A DNA stretch of 64,000 nucleotides, taken from sequence record OZ346151.1; one strand, 5' to 3'. The DNA is from a phage. The position numbers and the translations under genes were made by a program. Of this stretch, positions 36,731 through 46,252 are shown piece after piece. The notes beneath the pieces were generated by a model. It was not told the origin of the DNA. It saw nothing but the letters and a program-made list of their open reading frames with translations, and did no database searches. Position 1 is the stretch's first letter. Every line of letters starts with the position of its first letter.

Positions 36731-36759
36731 TTGTCCGATAATAATATCTAAAGCTTACC
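36731..36759 (-). promoter_or_regulatory. sigma70 consensus promoter (minus strand)
   Basis: Minus-strand TTGACA, 17-bp spacer, TATTAT. Confidence 0.55.
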
Positions 36760-36787
36760 TATTTGTCAACAACTGTTTTAGATATTT

Positions 36788-36808
36788 AAGGGTGGAATAA
36801 CCACCCTT
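36788..36808 (-). terminator. stem-loop after phoH (no clear U-tract)
   Basis: AAGGGTGG-AATAA-CCACCCTT. Confidence 0.35.
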
Positions 36809-36813
36809 CTGTA

Positions 36814-37602
36814 TTACTCGGAAACAGGGGTCCAAATATGATTTGCACGATCCTCAATAAGATTGAGTGCGATCTGACGACCCAACCCAGAACGAACGAC
36901 ATCGTCTGGACTATCAAAGCTGATCATTCCAACCTCAGGATCTGGATGACGAGTAAAGAAATCCGTCACCCATGCAAGGCCAGATTTACCAGGGATGTCA
37001 CGTTGGCTATTATCACCCATAATTACAAGGGTGGCTTGATCAGAGATCCTTGTGATAATTGACAACATTTCTTCAGGGTTAGTTTGCTGTGCCTCGTCAA
37101 TCAGGACAAAGCATCGCTCATCGAAACTACGACCACGAATGCTTTCAACTTCACAAATCTCGATACGGCTGTTCTGACCGTCTCCCAGCATTGCGGCAAA
37201 AGCACCTTTGCCAACACGACGACAAATCGTGTCCATCATGCTTCGAAGATAGGGCCACAGTTTCTGCATTGCATTTCCAGGTTTAAATCCTGAAGTCTTT
37301 CCTGTCTGAACGTAAGGACGTGCAACAATAATCTTATCAATCTCGTTCTTACGCAGAAGATCACCTGCATATGCAGATGCCATGAATGTCTTACCGGATC
37401 CAAACACACCGTTTACAATAATAATCTTACGTGACCCTAGATAATCAAGATACTTTTGCTGCTTCTTATTCATTGGTCTGAGAGCTGGAGCGGTGTGCTC
37501 TCTTTCGTCAGCAAATTTCTCAGCAGCCTTACGCAGGCGATCAGATTTGCGAGCCTCTCTAGCTTCATCACGCATGCGTTTTGTTTCTTTAGCTCGACCC
37601 AT
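36814..37602 (-). CDS. phoH: PhoH-like ATPase
   Basis: Walker A GVFGSGKTF; length and layout typical of phage PhoH. Confidence 0.8.
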   Translation of the reverse strand: MGRAKETKRMRDEAREARKSDRLRKAAEKFADEREHTAPALRPMNKKQQKYLDYLGSRKIIIVNGVFGSGKTFMASAYAGDLLRKNEIDKIIVARPYVQTGKTSGFKPGNAMQKLWPYLRSMMDTICRRVGKGAFAAMLGDGQNSRIEICEVESIRGRSFDERCFVLIDEAQQTNPEEMLSIITRISDQATLVIMGDNSQRDIPGKSGLAWVTDFFTRHPDPEVGMISFDSPDDVVRSGLGRQIALNLIEDRANHIWTPVSE

Positions 37603-37640
37603 GTTGGGACTCCTTTCAGATTGAGATGTGCCAAGTACTT

Positions 37641-37991
37641 TTACTGCAACAGTTTTTCAATAGCCGCTTCCATGCTGCTTGCAACAGCCTGAACTCGGAT
37701 ATTCATCTCTTCTTGGTGGATCAGCTCCTTAAGCTCTTTAATGGTAAATTCTTTAGAGAAACCTTCCACCATAATCTTGTGCAAGGCTTCTTGCGTGTCT
37801 ACTTGCAAGAACTTTTCCAGTTTGTTGGCAGAGGCTTCTAAATCAGCCCGAATACGAGGGTCATCTGTGCGATTCAGCATTAGGCGTAAGCCATCAAGAT
37901 TAGTAGAAATAGCATCTGCATGTTGAGTAACTAACCGTGGCAAAATGAGATCTACAAACTTATTAGCCAAATCGATACGTTCTTGTGTCAC
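37641..37991 (-). CDS. hypothetical protein
   Basis: GTG start overlapping upstream stop. Confidence 0.45.
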   Translation of the reverse strand: MTQERIDLANKFVDLILPRLVTQHADAISTNLDGLRLMLNRTDDPRIRADLEASANKLEKFLQVDTQEALHKIMVEGFSKEFTIKELKELIHQEEMNIRVQAVASSMEAAIEKLLQ

Positions 37992-38101
37992 TGTTGCACC
38001 CCCTCTTCATCTTCATGATGTTTCTTTTCACGCTTGTGTTTTTTCTTAAGCTCAAGCGCAATCTCTTTCTTGTACGCCTTCTTCAAGGCTTTTTTAGCCA
38101 T
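37988..38101 (-). CDS. small lysine-rich peptide (37 aa)
   Basis: SD GAGGAGGTG before ATG; MAKKALKKAYKKEIALELKKKHKREKK...; follows promoter 38131-38160. Confidence 0.35.
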   Translation of the reverse strand: MAKKALKKAYKKEIALELKKKHKREKKHHEDEEGVQQ

Positions 38102-38130
38102 TTGGCACCTCCTCTGCTTTCATTACGGCA

Positions 38131-38160
38131 ATTATAACCAACTCAACAAAGCTTTGTCAA
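38131..38160 (-). promoter_or_regulatory. sigma70 consensus promoter (minus strand)
   Basis: Minus-strand TTGACA, 18-bp spacer, TATAAT. Confidence 0.55.
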
Positions 38161-38163
38161 CAA

Positions 38164-38637
38164 CTAGTCTACCTGAACCCAACCGCCTGATACTTTTTTA
38201 AACATTCTTTGGTTATCACTGCCTCGGAACGGTTTCTTGGTTGGTAAATCTTTTACATACTTACCGTCAATGATGATATCAGCCAGTTTAATAACATCAC
38301 TAGAGATATGGTCAAATGTGAACCCAGTATATACAAGAATAGTTTTCTTGTCACCAAATTTTTCCTTAATTTTCTCCATCAGGCTAATAATATCTGGCTC
38401 ATTATAGTATGCTAAGGGTTCTCCACCCAGTAGAGAGATACCGCACACAGACGGGTTATCTAAATCTGACAAGATTTTTTGCAAGTCTTCTTCAGTGAAC
38501 TTCCTCCCCTTATCTTTTGACCAAAATGCCTGATTAAAGCAACCAGGGCAAGCGTGTGGGCACCCAGATACCCACAAGGCAGTTCTAATACCTGGTCCTT
38601 CGGTGTAAGATATTTCTGTGTATCCAGCAATGTTCAT
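38164..38637 (-). CDS. nrdG: anaerobic ribonucleotide reductase activating protein (radical SAM)
   Basis: CxxxCxxC cluster GCPHACPGC; adjacent to nrdD. Confidence 0.8.
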   Translation of the reverse strand: MNIAGYTEISYTEGPGIRTALWVSGCPHACPGCFNQAFWSKDKGRKFTEEDLQKILSDLDNPSVCGISLLGGEPLAYYNEPDIISLMEKIKEKFGDKKTILVYTGFTFDHISSDVIKLADIIIDGKYVKDLPTKKPFRGSDNQRMFKKVSGGWVQVD

Positions 38638-38750
38638 AGATACTCCGCATCACATTTAGGGCAATGCCAAATAAAATCGTCTAGTGCCTTGCACCAACGA
38701 AGATTACAACTACAGCCGCACTTGCAAATTTTATAAATACCTGATGACAT
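38634..38750 (-). CDS. small Cys-rich peptide (38 aa) translationally coupled to nrdG
   Basis: SD AGGAGG before ATG; CKCGCSC...HCPKCD; stop overlaps nrdG start (ATGA). Confidence 0.4.
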   Translation of the reverse strand: MSSGIYKICKCGCSCNLRWCKALDDFIWHCPKCDAEYL

Positions 38751-38813
38751 ACTGCACCTCCTAGCTCACTGTGTGTCAATAATATGCCACATCCTTGTGG
38801 CTTTTGTCAAGAA

Positions 38814-40085
38814 TCAGCAACCACAACTTCCGTAGTGCTTAACTCGCTCGATAACTTCCGCTTGCTTACCTTTATTGTAAGGACGGGAGTTAGGACTGGA
38901 AAGGTATCCAGACACACGTCGAATTACACTGATCGTTCCCTCTTCATGGTTTCCACACTCTGGGCATACAAAGCCTTTAGCTGTTGCACTGAACTCACCA
39001 GAGAAACCACACTTGAGACATTTATCCACAGGTTGGTTAATACCAAAATACATAATGTGTTTATACCCGAAGTCAACAAGAGCCTCTAAAGCATCCAGGT
39101 TGTTTTTCAGGTTAGGTGTTTCTACGTATCCGATGTTGCCACCAGAGGATATCATAGCAAAACCTTCTTCATACTCCCACTTATCAAAAGGAGAGCTATT
39201 GATCCATACTGGCTGATGGAAACTGTTGGTGAGATATTCATGCTCGTGCTTCAACACTTCAGGATATTCACGATCCAGACAGGTTGCAGCTTTATAGCAT
39301 AGACTCTCAGAAGGGGTGCCGTACAAACTAAACGCTAGTCTACTTTTCTTCTTGTATCGCTCACAAGCATCTCTCATGTGCTGAAGTATTCCAAGAGCTA
39401 AAGCCTTGTCACCCTCTCTGCCCAAAATCTGACAGGTTTCATACACACCAATATACCCAATACTGATGGAAGCGTACCCGTCATAGAAGAGTTTATCAAT
39501 ACTCTCTTCAGGATCCAGGCGAGCAAGAGCGCCTTCACACCACATGATAGGGTTCTGCCCTGCCTTAGTGCCTTTCAGACGGTTAACCCTTACAAGGTGA
39601 GCTTCATATGCCAAATCCAGATACTCGTCAAGAACGGAAAAGAAATCAACACCTTCCGTCTTAGCTTTTGCCGCAATCATTGGCAGGTTAAGACTAACAA
39701 CACCCAAGTTGAATCTGCCGAGGTATTTCTCCTCACCTGTTTCCAAGTCATTGTATTTGCTAAGAAAACTCCGGCAACCCATGCTCGTTACTTTACCATC
39801 TGTCGAGCCTGTCACTTTACGATTTAGTGGAACAGAAACAAAGTCAGGATAAATCCGCTCTGCAGAGCATTCCAGAGCTAATCGTTTCAAATCATAGTTA
39901 GGATCTCCAGGGTTCATGTTGACACCCTCTTCTAGGAAGAACAACACTTTAGGGAACACAGGTGTGATACGTTCTTCACCAAGACCCATTTTGTGGACTT
40001 TCAAGTAGTTTTTGGTAATCATTCTACCAAAGACTGAGGTGTCCAGACCTAAACTTAATGTGATGAATGGAGTCTGCTGTCTCCT
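38814..40085 (-). CDS. nrdD: anaerobic ribonucleotide reductase NrdD, exon 2 (C-terminal part)
   Basis: Glycyl-radical motif RRVSGYL; zinc ribbon CLKCGF...CPECG; similarity to remembered E. coli NrdD (QTPF..LG.DTS) begins upstream of first ATG, implying splicing. Confidence 0.8.
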   Translation of the reverse strand, partial: RRQQTPFITLSLGLDTSVFGRMITKNYLKVHKMGLGEERITPVFPKVLFFLEEGVNMNPGDPNYDLKRLALECSAERIYPDFVSVPLNRKVTGSTDGKVTSMGCRSFLSKYNDLETGEEKYLGRFNLGVVSLNLPMIAAKAKTEGVDFFSVLDEYLDLAYEAHLVRVNRLKGTKAGQNPIMWCEGALARLDPEESIDKLFYDGYASISIGYIGVYETCQILGREGDKALALGILQHMRDACERYKKKSRLAFSLYGTPSESLCYKAATCLDREYPEVLKHEHEYLTNSFHQPVWINSSPFDKWEYEEGFAMISSGGNIGYVETPNLKNNLDALEALVDFGYKHIMYFGINQPVDKCLKCGFSGEFSATAKGFVCPECGNHEEGTISVIRRVSGYLSSPNSRPYNKGKQAEVIERVKHYGSCGC

Positions 40086-40882
40086 CCCTGTGTTTCCACA
40101 GGGCCAGACTATCTCTTACTCTACTTCAATAAGATAATAACCCTTTATTGTGAGATGCTTACCTTCGGCATTTCCTTCGATAGCCCTATGAACGTTACCT
40201 ACGTTCAAATTTAAGGCTTTTGCACAGGCATAGAGTGAAGGATATTCACCCACCAAGGTTTTACCTTTGTATGCCTGCACTTTCCTATAGCACTTACCTG
40301 GACAAAGTCCTGTTCGGAAAGCATGTCTCTTATTATCTTCCGGCAAAACCCACTCTAGGTTAGACGGATGATCATTCAATGTATTGCCATCTTTATGATT
40401 CACTTCCCAGTTTTCAGGGTCTTCTGGGACATCCGGCAAACAATACAAGGCAACAATCCTTGAGGTTTGGATTCGAATCTTTTTACCTTTGTGGTTGAAA
40501 GAGTACATATAACGGCGTTTAACATGCTTGTTACCTTTTCCATAACCTCCCCACAATATTGGGTGTAGCATTCCACGTTTTCCGTATACGTTTCCAACCT
40601 CATCAATCACATAGTTTGATTCTTCACCATTAAGAATGATCTTTTTCATAGAGCCTCTCCATTTCGAAGTTAGTATTTCAACTAACCCCTACACTACTTG
40701 GTTCAGAAATGTTTGTCAAGCATTTCTGCCTTTCGTTAGTCGTTACAACCGTTCCAACTCCTGTAAGAACTAGTCACGGGATTGGCATAGCTTTCGCCTT
40801 AGCGTTCCCCGTTAGCCGGATTTACCGACCCCTCTTATGAGGTTAGGAGAGTTTTACAACGGCCAGTTTGTTAACCGTTGAC
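40086..40882 (-). mobile_element. putative group I intron in nrdD with 3'-located HNH ORF
   Basis: nrdD reading frame broken between ...INTLTS and RRQQTPF...; HNH ORF in the gap ends ~30 nt before exon 2 (ORF-at-3'-end layout as recalled for the T4 nrdD intron); boundaries approximate. Confidence 0.6.
40116..40649 (-). CDS. HNH homing endonuclease (intron-encoded)
   Basis: HNH motif VNHKDGNTLNDHPSNLEWV; paralogous to 4088-4594. Confidence 0.8.
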   Translation of the reverse strand: MKKIILNGEESNYVIDEVGNVYGKRGMLHPILWGGYGKGNKHVKRRYMYSFNHKGKKIRIQTSRIVALYCLPDVPEDPENWEVNHKDGNTLNDHPSNLEWVLPEDNKRHAFRTGLCPGKCYRKVQAYKGKTLVGEYPSLYACAKALNLNVGNVHRAIEGNAEGKHLTIKGYYLIEVE

Positions 40883-41734
40883 AGAAGTTAACGTGTTGAT
40901 TTGATAGAGCAAAGTCTGCATGCTGTCAAATACGTCTTTATCTGTCATTTGCATTGCAACAGTTTCAGCATCCGGCAACCAATGTTCCTGGCAAAATTTA
41001 AGGTTCTTCTCATAGGTTGCTTCAGCATACTGTGCCAGATAATGATCAATATGGCTCATAGTCTGACCACCATATTGAGCACTAGCTACCGCACTAGAGA
41101 TTTGGCTAAGGATTGTTGTTGCAACCCCTATTGACTTCGGCTTACTGACATGGGCGTTACCAATGTTGAATCCGTTTTCCAACATATCTGGATAATTTAC
41201 CAAACAACAGTTTGTTAACGGACTGATCAAGTAGTCAAGATCATGCACATGGATGAATCCTTTATTGTGCTCTTCGGAGACACGGTCTGGCAGGATCTGT
41301 GTTGATGCAAGGTGTTTGCTAAGAATACCTGCAAGCAGGTCGCGATGAGTGTGTACATGATTAGTAGGCTTATTTGCGTTTTCTTTTGTAAATTCATCAC
41401 AAGTTCGATCCAAGAAGCCACTAATATCTGCAAGCAGTTTTCCACCTGCCTCTCTGTTATTATCTCTTGTCTGTCTATACTGGATGTATTCTCTGGCTGC
41501 ACATTTTAAACCCATATCCATAAGAGCATCTTCAACAAGGATATGGATATTTTTTACAGAGATCGTGCACTGGTCGGTTGGTAGATTGTTAGCAACAACT
41601 TCATTAACCGCGCAGGCGATCCGGTAAGCTTCTTCTTCAGTATGTCCAGACTCAAGTAAGGCGGACTCTGCCGCCTTGATCACCTTAATTCCGTTATAGA
41701 ACTCTTCTCTACCGTCCCGTTTTACAACTTTCAC
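40883..41734 (-). CDS. nrdD: anaerobic ribonucleotide reductase NrdD, exon 1 (ATP-cone and N-terminal part)
   Basis: ATP-cone-like N-terminus VVKRDGREEF; ORF stops shortly after ...INTLTS. Confidence 0.75.
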
Positions 41735-42009
41735 TTTTTCTCTCCAAAACCATTCTTAACAAAAGAGATGAAATCGTCGGCACCGCCTATATGGACACTG
41801 TCAAGATCGCTTTCTAAGAAGATCTGCGGCAACGTTCTGGGGACAATTGGACTGCACTTCTCAATAAGCTCTTCTTTTGTGTAGCCCTCGCCAAGTGTCT
41901 TATATACAAAAGGCAGACCTTTGCTGATTGCAAATTCTTTTGCTCTGACACAATGTGGGCAGTTATCATTACCGTAAATGATGATGAAAAAAGATTTTTC
42001 GCAGCTCAT
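41731..42009 (-). CDS. glutaredoxin/thioredoxin-like protein (RNR reductant)
   Basis: CPHC active site; between nrdB and nrdD. Confidence 0.75.
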   Translation of the reverse strand: MSCEKSFFIIIYGNDNCPHCVRAKEFAISKGLPFVYKTLGEGYTKEELIEKCSPIVPRTLPQIFLESDLDSVHIGGADDFISFVKNGFGEKK

Positions 42010-42012
42010 ATA

Positions 42013-43101
42013 TTAAAACTCCCAAATTTCTTCTTCAGCGTCGTTAACAGTTGTGTTGACGCGGTAGTCAGTGTTCGACATTTCTTGGTTCGCCGTCTGT
42101 TGTAATGAAGGTTTCATCCACACCTGCATAAACGGTAGCGGGTCCTTTGTTGGCGGCACAAAGTCTTTGTCGATGTCGTAGTAATCATAAATCGGTGAGC
42201 AGTTATAGTCAACCCACTCTTTAAGCAACGGTGAGTTAAGACCTATAATCGCTCTTCCTTCGCTGAAAATATAGTCACTCCAACCGTACTCTTTGGTTCG
42301 TACTTCATCAAGAATCTCTTTTAACTCCCCCTTTATCTCAAGGAAGCTTTTCTCCCATGCGGGATCATTAAGCAAGATATCAATGATGGCAAAATCACCT
42401 TTCGAATGTAGCATTTCGTCAAGCATGATTTTTTGAACAAGCTGCGCCACCTGAACAAAGATACCCTGTTCAGCTACTGCGAAAGTGCATGCAAAACTTG
42501 CAATAAACTCAATACTTTCCAGAGCTAAAAGTGCAAAAAGCGCTCTAAGAATGCATTTCCGCACAACATCTTCTTCAACACTAGAAGGATCCAGTCGGTA
42601 TTTTGCACCAATAACCTCAAGCTCTTGCATGTATTTGACAATAACGCCAGATCTGCTCAGAACGTTTTGGTTTTCCTGAATCTCTTCTATAATCTCACGG
42701 GCATTGGGGAGGCATTGTCTAACAATCTCTGAGTAAGTTAGTGCGTGAAGAACTTCAATCTCTGACTGTTTCATCAATAGAGTGAAAAGCTCACTATTAG
42801 TGATGAATGGTGAAAAGAGGCAGATGATCGATCTTGCCGCAACGCTATCAGCCTCCCATTGCCACATCAAGGTCTGCACCATCACGTCATAAGTTGACTT
42901 TGAGCATGTTACAAAATCTGAAATAGATTGCGACAAATCCACTTCATCCTCTGCCCAATCTTGCTCTTTTTGTTTTTTGTATAGTTCAAACAGTTGTGGA
43001 TATTTTTTGTTGATAGAGTCGTACATACCCATTTGCTGTCCCAGAAACAGCGGATAGTCACCAGTTTTATGAGCGGTGTTCTCAGCATTAAATACAGCCA
43101 T
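42013..43101 (-). CDS. nrdB: ribonucleotide reductase class I small subunit
   Basis: Size and position downstream of nrdA; start set at MAVFNAENT (SD-like AGGTAG). Confidence 0.75.
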   Translation of the reverse strand: MAVFNAENTAHKTGDYPLFLGQQMGMYDSINKKYPQLFELYKKQKEQDWAEDEVDLSQSISDFVTCSKSTYDVMVQTLMWQWEADSVAARSIICLFSPFITNSELFTLLMKQSEIEVLHALTYSEIVRQCLPNAREIIEEIQENQNVLSRSGVIVKYMQELEVIGAKYRLDPSSVEEDVVRKCILRALFALLALESIEFIASFACTFAVAEQGIFVQVAQLVQKIMLDEMLHSKGDFAIIDILLNDPAWEKSFLEIKGELKEILDEVRTKEYGWSDYIFSEGRAIIGLNSPLLKEWVDYNCSPIYDYYDIDKDFVPPTKDPLPFMQVWMKPSLQQTANQEMSNTDYRVNTTVNDAEEEIWEF

Positions 43102-43118
43102 TATTCTACCTCTAAAAT

Positions 43119-43132
43119 GGGGCCGAAGCCCC
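43119..43132 (-). promoter_or_regulatory. intercistronic stem-loop between nrdA and nrdB
   Basis: GGGGC-TTCG-GCCCC followed by ATTTTA on minus strand. Confidence 0.4.
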
Positions 43133-43139
43133 TTTAAAA

Positions 43140-45455
43140 TTATAGTGCACAGCTTTCGCAATACGGATCTTCAACTGAACTATCTGCAATCAAAGGATAG
43201 TTCTTTCTGGTTTCATCTTCAGCCTGTTTCTTGGCATGGAGTTCCTCTGCCAAGGAGTCACCAGCACCAACCCTAGAGTTTAAATAATACCATGTCTTCA
43301 TCCCGAATTTAGTGGCACGGATAAGGTACCCTAGCTGCTCCTTCATTGAAATTTTACCATCTTTCAACTTGGTGTAGTCTATGTATAAATCCGCGCTGAT
43401 TGCCTGACCTGTGAATTTTTGAATCACAGCATACATATCGATCATGTCGTTAGTATCAACGTCCCAAGCCGAAGTGTAATACTCTTTCAACTCATCGTAT
43501 TCAGGAACGATAAACAGCACCTGCCCTTGTGGCGACTTTTTAAAGATAATGTGCTCACGGACAGGATAAACCCCGTTAGTGGTGTTTGTTGCCAGCGAAG
43601 AGCTTTCATTAGGCATATATGCTTCAAGAACGCTATTACGTAGCCCACCATTTTCAATGATTTCTTTACGTAACCCTTCCCAATCCTGTTTAAGAGAAGG
43701 ATCTTTCACCACACTATCGACCTCTTTGTTATAAGTGTCGATTGGTAACCAACCTTCTGGATATTTTGTTTTATACATCCACTCGCAGACACCACGCTCT
43801 TTTGCCAACCGTAAACTTGCCTTATGCAAGCTGTAGCTGTGAAGTTCTGCAAGATCGTGAACAAGCTGTTTACTTTCAGGAGATCCGTAAGTAACCTTGT
43901 GGCTGGCAATAAAATGTGCAACATTGGTAAGGCCAACCCCGATGGATCTGCGTTTTTTAACAGTACTCTCCATGTTTTCATACGGATATGCCATGATTTC
44001 CATAACATTGTCAATCATAAGCACCGTGTAGTATGCAACATCCTCATACTCCTCTGGGGTAACCCTTCCAGCTACAAGAGATGACAGGAAGCACAATGCA
44101 ACCTCACCATCATCAACATCGTACTTGAAGATATTACGCATATCTGAATAGCCTTTTGTCGGGAGGGCTATTTCTGCACACAGGTTGCTTGAATAGATCA
44201 CATCTTTAAAAGGTGTATGTCTATTCATCTCATCTGTCCAGTATACGTACAGCCTTCCCACCTCAGTACGCTGCGTGATCAGCTCAACAGCAAGATCTCT
44301 AGCCCGGATCCATGTCTTAGGAATACTGTCATCTTTAGCAATACGCTCAACCTCTGCATCGAACTCCTCCATAGACATGGTGAAGATACCCTCATACAGT
44401 TGAGGAGCGTGCTTATAAGAAACAAGCATCCAATCTAAATTCTTAGCCACACGGTTGATAAACGACCTATTAATACCGATGGAGTAGTCCATGGTGTTGA
44501 TTCTTTTTGAAGCAACAGTCATAGGGTTTCTCAAACGGATTAGCTCATCAATCTGCGGGTCCAGTGCAAGGAATGATACTGTTGCAGAACCGCCACGTGA
44601 TTGTTGTCTGTTCTCCTTAACACCAGCATCAATACCTCGATAATATGGAATCTTACCCATGTGTTTAATAGTGTTACCGCGAACACCATCACCTGCAGAT
44701 CTTGATGATAAATAGTAGCCGATACCTGCTTGGTTAACCGTCATTGTGTACGCAACTTCACGTGCCACACCAATAGATTTTGCTGTATCGTCAGCTTTTA
44801 TTACACAACAAGATGCATACCCTGTCTTACCTGTGCGCAGCCCGTTTAAGTACGGTGTCGGGGCATTGATCTTTAAGTCGGACAGATAAGTGTATAATTT
44901 TACAACATCGTTGATACGACGTTCTTTCGGCATATTCTTCATGACAGCCATTGCTATCCCCATAAACATCATCTGGGGAGATTCAAACAAGGTGTCTTTA
45001 AGAGTATCCTTGATCCCGTATTTGTCGCGAAACTGTTTAAGGACTGCATAGCCATAGCCGAGATCTTTACTGTGGTCAATAACAGCGTCTAAAGTGTTTA
45101 GCTCGGTAAAGCTATATCCCATATCCTCCCAATACCCTTTCTCAACCATGTCGTTGTAAAATGATGGTAAGGAAGGGATCTTTGTAAACCCTCCAAAAGC
45201 CTCTTTATAAATCTGACCAATAAGAACACGACCAGCCATACGGGAATGTGCTTCGTCTTTACGGCTAACACAGGAGTCTATGATAGCTTGGTTAACTTCT
45301 TTGGTTGTACATCCATCATACAGTCGTTTGTATGCATCCAGTGCAATATGTGACCAATTGCCGTTACCGTCGTCACCGAAAATAGCTGCCTTATTTAAAC
45401 GTTCTGGATCGAATGCCACTTCACATCCGTTGCTTTTAATTACCTTGGTGATCAA
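43140..45455 (-). CDS. nrdA: ribonucleotide reductase class I large subunit
   Basis: ATP-cone N-terminus; active-site SNLCAEIALPT; TTG start with SD GGAGGA; C-terminal CESCAL. Confidence 0.9.
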   Translation of the reverse strand: MITKVIKSNGCEVAFDPERLNKAAIFGDDGNGNWSHIALDAYKRLYDGCTTKEVNQAIIDSCVSRKDEAHSRMAGRVLIGQIYKEAFGGFTKIPSLPSFYNDMVEKGYWEDMGYSFTELNTLDAVIDHSKDLGYGYAVLKQFRDKYGIKDTLKDTLFESPQMMFMGIAMAVMKNMPKERRINDVVKLYTYLSDLKINAPTPYLNGLRTGKTGYASCCVIKADDTAKSIGVAREVAYTMTVNQAGIGYYLSSRSAGDGVRGNTIKHMGKIPYYRGIDAGVKENRQQSRGGSATVSFLALDPQIDELIRLRNPMTVASKRINTMDYSIGINRSFINRVAKNLDWMLVSYKHAPQLYEGIFTMSMEEFDAEVERIAKDDSIPKTWIRARDLAVELITQRTEVGRLYVYWTDEMNRHTPFKDVIYSSNLCAEIALPTKGYSDMRNIFKYDVDDGEVALCFLSSLVAGRVTPEEYEDVAYYTVLMIDNVMEIMAYPYENMESTVKKRRSIGVGLTNVAHFIASHKVTYGSPESKQLVHDLAELHSYSLHKASLRLAKERGVCEWMYKTKYPEGWLPIDTYNKEVDSVVKDPSLKQDWEGLRKEIIENGGLRNSVLEAYMPNESSSLATNTTNGVYPVREHIIFKKSPQGQVLFIVPEYDELKEYYTSAWDVDTNDMIDMYAVIQKFTGQAISADLYIDYTKLKDGKISMKEQLGYLIRATKFGMKTWYYLNSRVGAGDSLAEELHAKKQAEDETRKNYPLIADSSVEDPYCESCAL

Positions 45456-45682
45456 TTTGCTTCCTCCACTTCATCAACGTATTTATCAAGGCAGGTATCA
45501 GTATCTTGCTGGATAAAGGTATCCTCTTCTACAGAGATATTTATAATTTTGCCTGTATACTCGTCATAATAAACATCATCATACATTTTAATATCGTTTG
45601 TCAGGCCGTTGAACCAAAGCCAACCAACATACTCTGACCGACTTGCAAAACCAAGATCCTTCCACTTGGAGTTATGACTCAT
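45452..45682 (-). CDS. hypothetical protein
   Basis: Start set at internal Met with SD AGGTGG. Confidence 0.45.
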   Translation of the reverse strand: MSHNSKWKDLGFASRSEYVGWLWFNGLTNDIKMYDDVYYDEYTGKIINISVEEDTFIQQDTDTCLDKYVDEVEEAN

Positions 45683-45692
45683 CTTCACCACC

Positions 45693-46193
45693 TTAGCTTT
45701 CAATACCGAATAATTTTTCCAGGCGATGCAGATCTTCAAAATTGAAAGGTTCATCAACAATATGAATATCTTCAGCCTTTTCAGATTGTTTTGTATACTT
45801 TCTTACATTAACACGATCCTCTACAGGAATATCATACGGAAGATCTTGAACAAGCATTGCCTCACCAGGTGCTTTATCCACATCTAAAATATCTACACCG
45901 TTATACATTTGCGGGTATCTAAAGTCTGCACGCATGACACCAGCAAATACATCTGCCTTTCGATAATGTGTTGGCTTATTTTTGCATCGAACGTTTTTTC
46001 CACGAAGAACATCAATACTTTTTAAATCAAACCCTACGGCAAAGAGTGCAGCTCGGAGACCGTTTCGTGTGCGAACGTTAAACCCGGGAACGGTAGATAG
46101 GAAATCCAAAGTAACTGAAATAAATGTCTTTTTAGGAATCATAACATTACTCATATCTGTCTCCATTTCTGGCTCACCAACAAAGTGAGCCAT
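45693..46193 (-). CDS. hypothetical protein (start uncertain)
   Basis: Promoter -10 lies 1 nt from first ATG, so real start may be an internal Met. Confidence 0.45.
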   Translation of the reverse strand: MAHFVGEPEMETDMSNVMIPKKTFISVTLDFLSTVPGFNVRTRNGLRAALFAVGFDLKSIDVLRGKNVRCKNKPTHYRKADVFAGVMRADFRYPQMYNGVDILDVDKAPGEAMLVQDLPYDIPVEDRVNVRKYTKQSEKAEDIHIVDEPFNFEDLHRLEKLFGIES

Positions 46194-46194
46194 T

Positions 46195-46223
46195 ATTATA
46201 GATTATCTAATACTATTAGTCAA
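46195..46223 (-). promoter_or_regulatory. sigma70-like promoter (minus strand)
   Basis: Minus-strand TTGACT, 17-bp spacer, TATAAT. Confidence 0.5.
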
Positions 46224-46252
46224 CACAAAAGTTACCTATCGCTGTGATAGGA

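Noticed and set aside
40022-40871. nrdD as two independently translated split genes (HNH insertion without splicing)
   Set aside because: Conserved NrdD residues (QTPFITLSLGLDTS) lie upstream of the first ATG of the C-terminal ORF with no start codon, which favours splicing; not fully excluded without RNA data.
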